DNA of 61,879 nucleotides, filler included, from Bonamia ostreae (Eukaryota): NCBI GenBank assembly GCA_040357525.1. It is 15 parts of 15 records of this genome, joined end to end, with 100 filler letters (N's around TTAATTAATTAA, not from the genome) between each part and the next. Parts side by side here need not be neighbours in the genome. Positions count along the whole stretch, not along the records: positions 57,885 to 61,879 come from JBDODL010000380.1; 14 more parts are not named here. One strand, 5' to 3'. Shown piece by piece: positions 61,301 to 61,879 of this stretch (position 1 is its first letter; each line of letters starts with the position of its first letter). The notes under the pieces were generated by a model. It saw only the letters and a program-made list of their open reading frames with translations, ran no database searches and was not told where the DNA came from. The position numbers and the translations under genes were made by a program.

Positions 61301-61668
61301 TCAATGTAAGTTCTCGACAGCCCATAAACAATAAATATTTCAAAGTAGGAGATGCTTGTCTAAGATCATGAAGTATGTAGATTTATCATGAAAAATGGTA
61401 TCAAATGTAAATTATCTAAAATAAATATATATATATATATCTAAGCCATTTACAGTCCATTCCAACTGCTTCAGGAGGGTTCTAATGGTCTTCTTTTGGC
61501 TAGAGGGGTCATCTCCTGAACCACTACCTCCCTCCTCTGCCATCTCCCTTGCCAACTTTGCATACCTCTATTTCTCTCCGGATGCCTCCCACTCCATTTT
61601 CCATGTTGATGGATTAAAACCTGGATGCTCTGCAACTTTGTGTATTCTCAATTTAAATGGAACATAAT
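58374..61668 (-). pseudogene. Metazoan-type gene with HMG-box-like and GTF2I-repeat-like segments; in-frame TAG
   Basis: Phase-compatible exons 61668-61454, 60791-60647 and 58536-58374 with 0.7-2.1-kb introns (GTAAAT/GTAAGT donors). WEASGEK*RYAKLARE is HMG-like, with TAG at 61570-61568. FPY...VVEGFP...PPSHYGEEKLQLLL is GTF2I-repeat-like. Confidence 0.55.
59910..60088 (-). mobile_element. Degenerate tRNA-derived SINE-like repeat
   Basis: The minus strand reads GGTAGCTCAGTGATTAGA (A-box), an anticodon-like arm and a decayed B-box; it cannot fold into a full cloverleaf. Confidence 0.55.
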
Positions 61669-61879
61669 CTAAAATAGAGTTCTAACTAAATTGATCAGAC
61701 TTCATTTTTAAGACGGGGTATGTCATTTGTAAATGCCTTCTTATATACTTATTATGATCGACCTTCTCATACACAATATTTTTGATAAATACAAATATTT
61801 GAGAGTGGCGTACTCCAAACGCAATATATAGTGTAGGGGTTTCAATAATTTTTTTTTTTTTACAAAATAACAACTTACT

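Overview
This window is not one locus. It holds 15 unrelated contigs of about 4.0 kb, sorted by decreasing length and joined by artificial 100-nt N-TTAATTAATTAA-N spacers. Contigs 1-14 come from a very compact, AT-rich eukaryote using the standard genetic code, with many tiny spliceosomal introns (mostly 19-35 nt, usually GTT...WAG) and intergenic gaps as short as 3-93 bp. Removing introns by hand recovers exportin-5, Rei1/ZNF622, a Cdc20-family protein, Mpp10, uL11, Sec1, an SDR, dolichol kinase, two TMEM14-like genes, an F-box/LRR protein, Atp11, acetyl-CoA synthetase, a TBC GAP, Not1, iPGM, NAC-beta, PCBD, tRNA-Ile(UAU), DNA polymerase epsilon, a non-RD kinase, an ABCG transporter, a Ubl-eL40 fusion and an FHA-parvulin, plus LINE relics and minisatellites. 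Contig 15 looks metazoan: long introns, an HMG/GTF2I-like gene and a tRNA-derived SINE. The combination suggests a reduced protist parasite (for example a haplosporidian/ascetosporean such as Bonamia) with host bivalve DNA; this identity is inference only. The most notable items are an eL40 fused to a 76-aa ubiquitin-like domain only about 32% identical to ubiquitin, a cysteine-studded short collagen, candidate non-GT-donor introns, micro-introns inflated by private minisatellites, and a tail-anchored F-box protein. All protein assignments come from manual motif recognition; no database searches were run.
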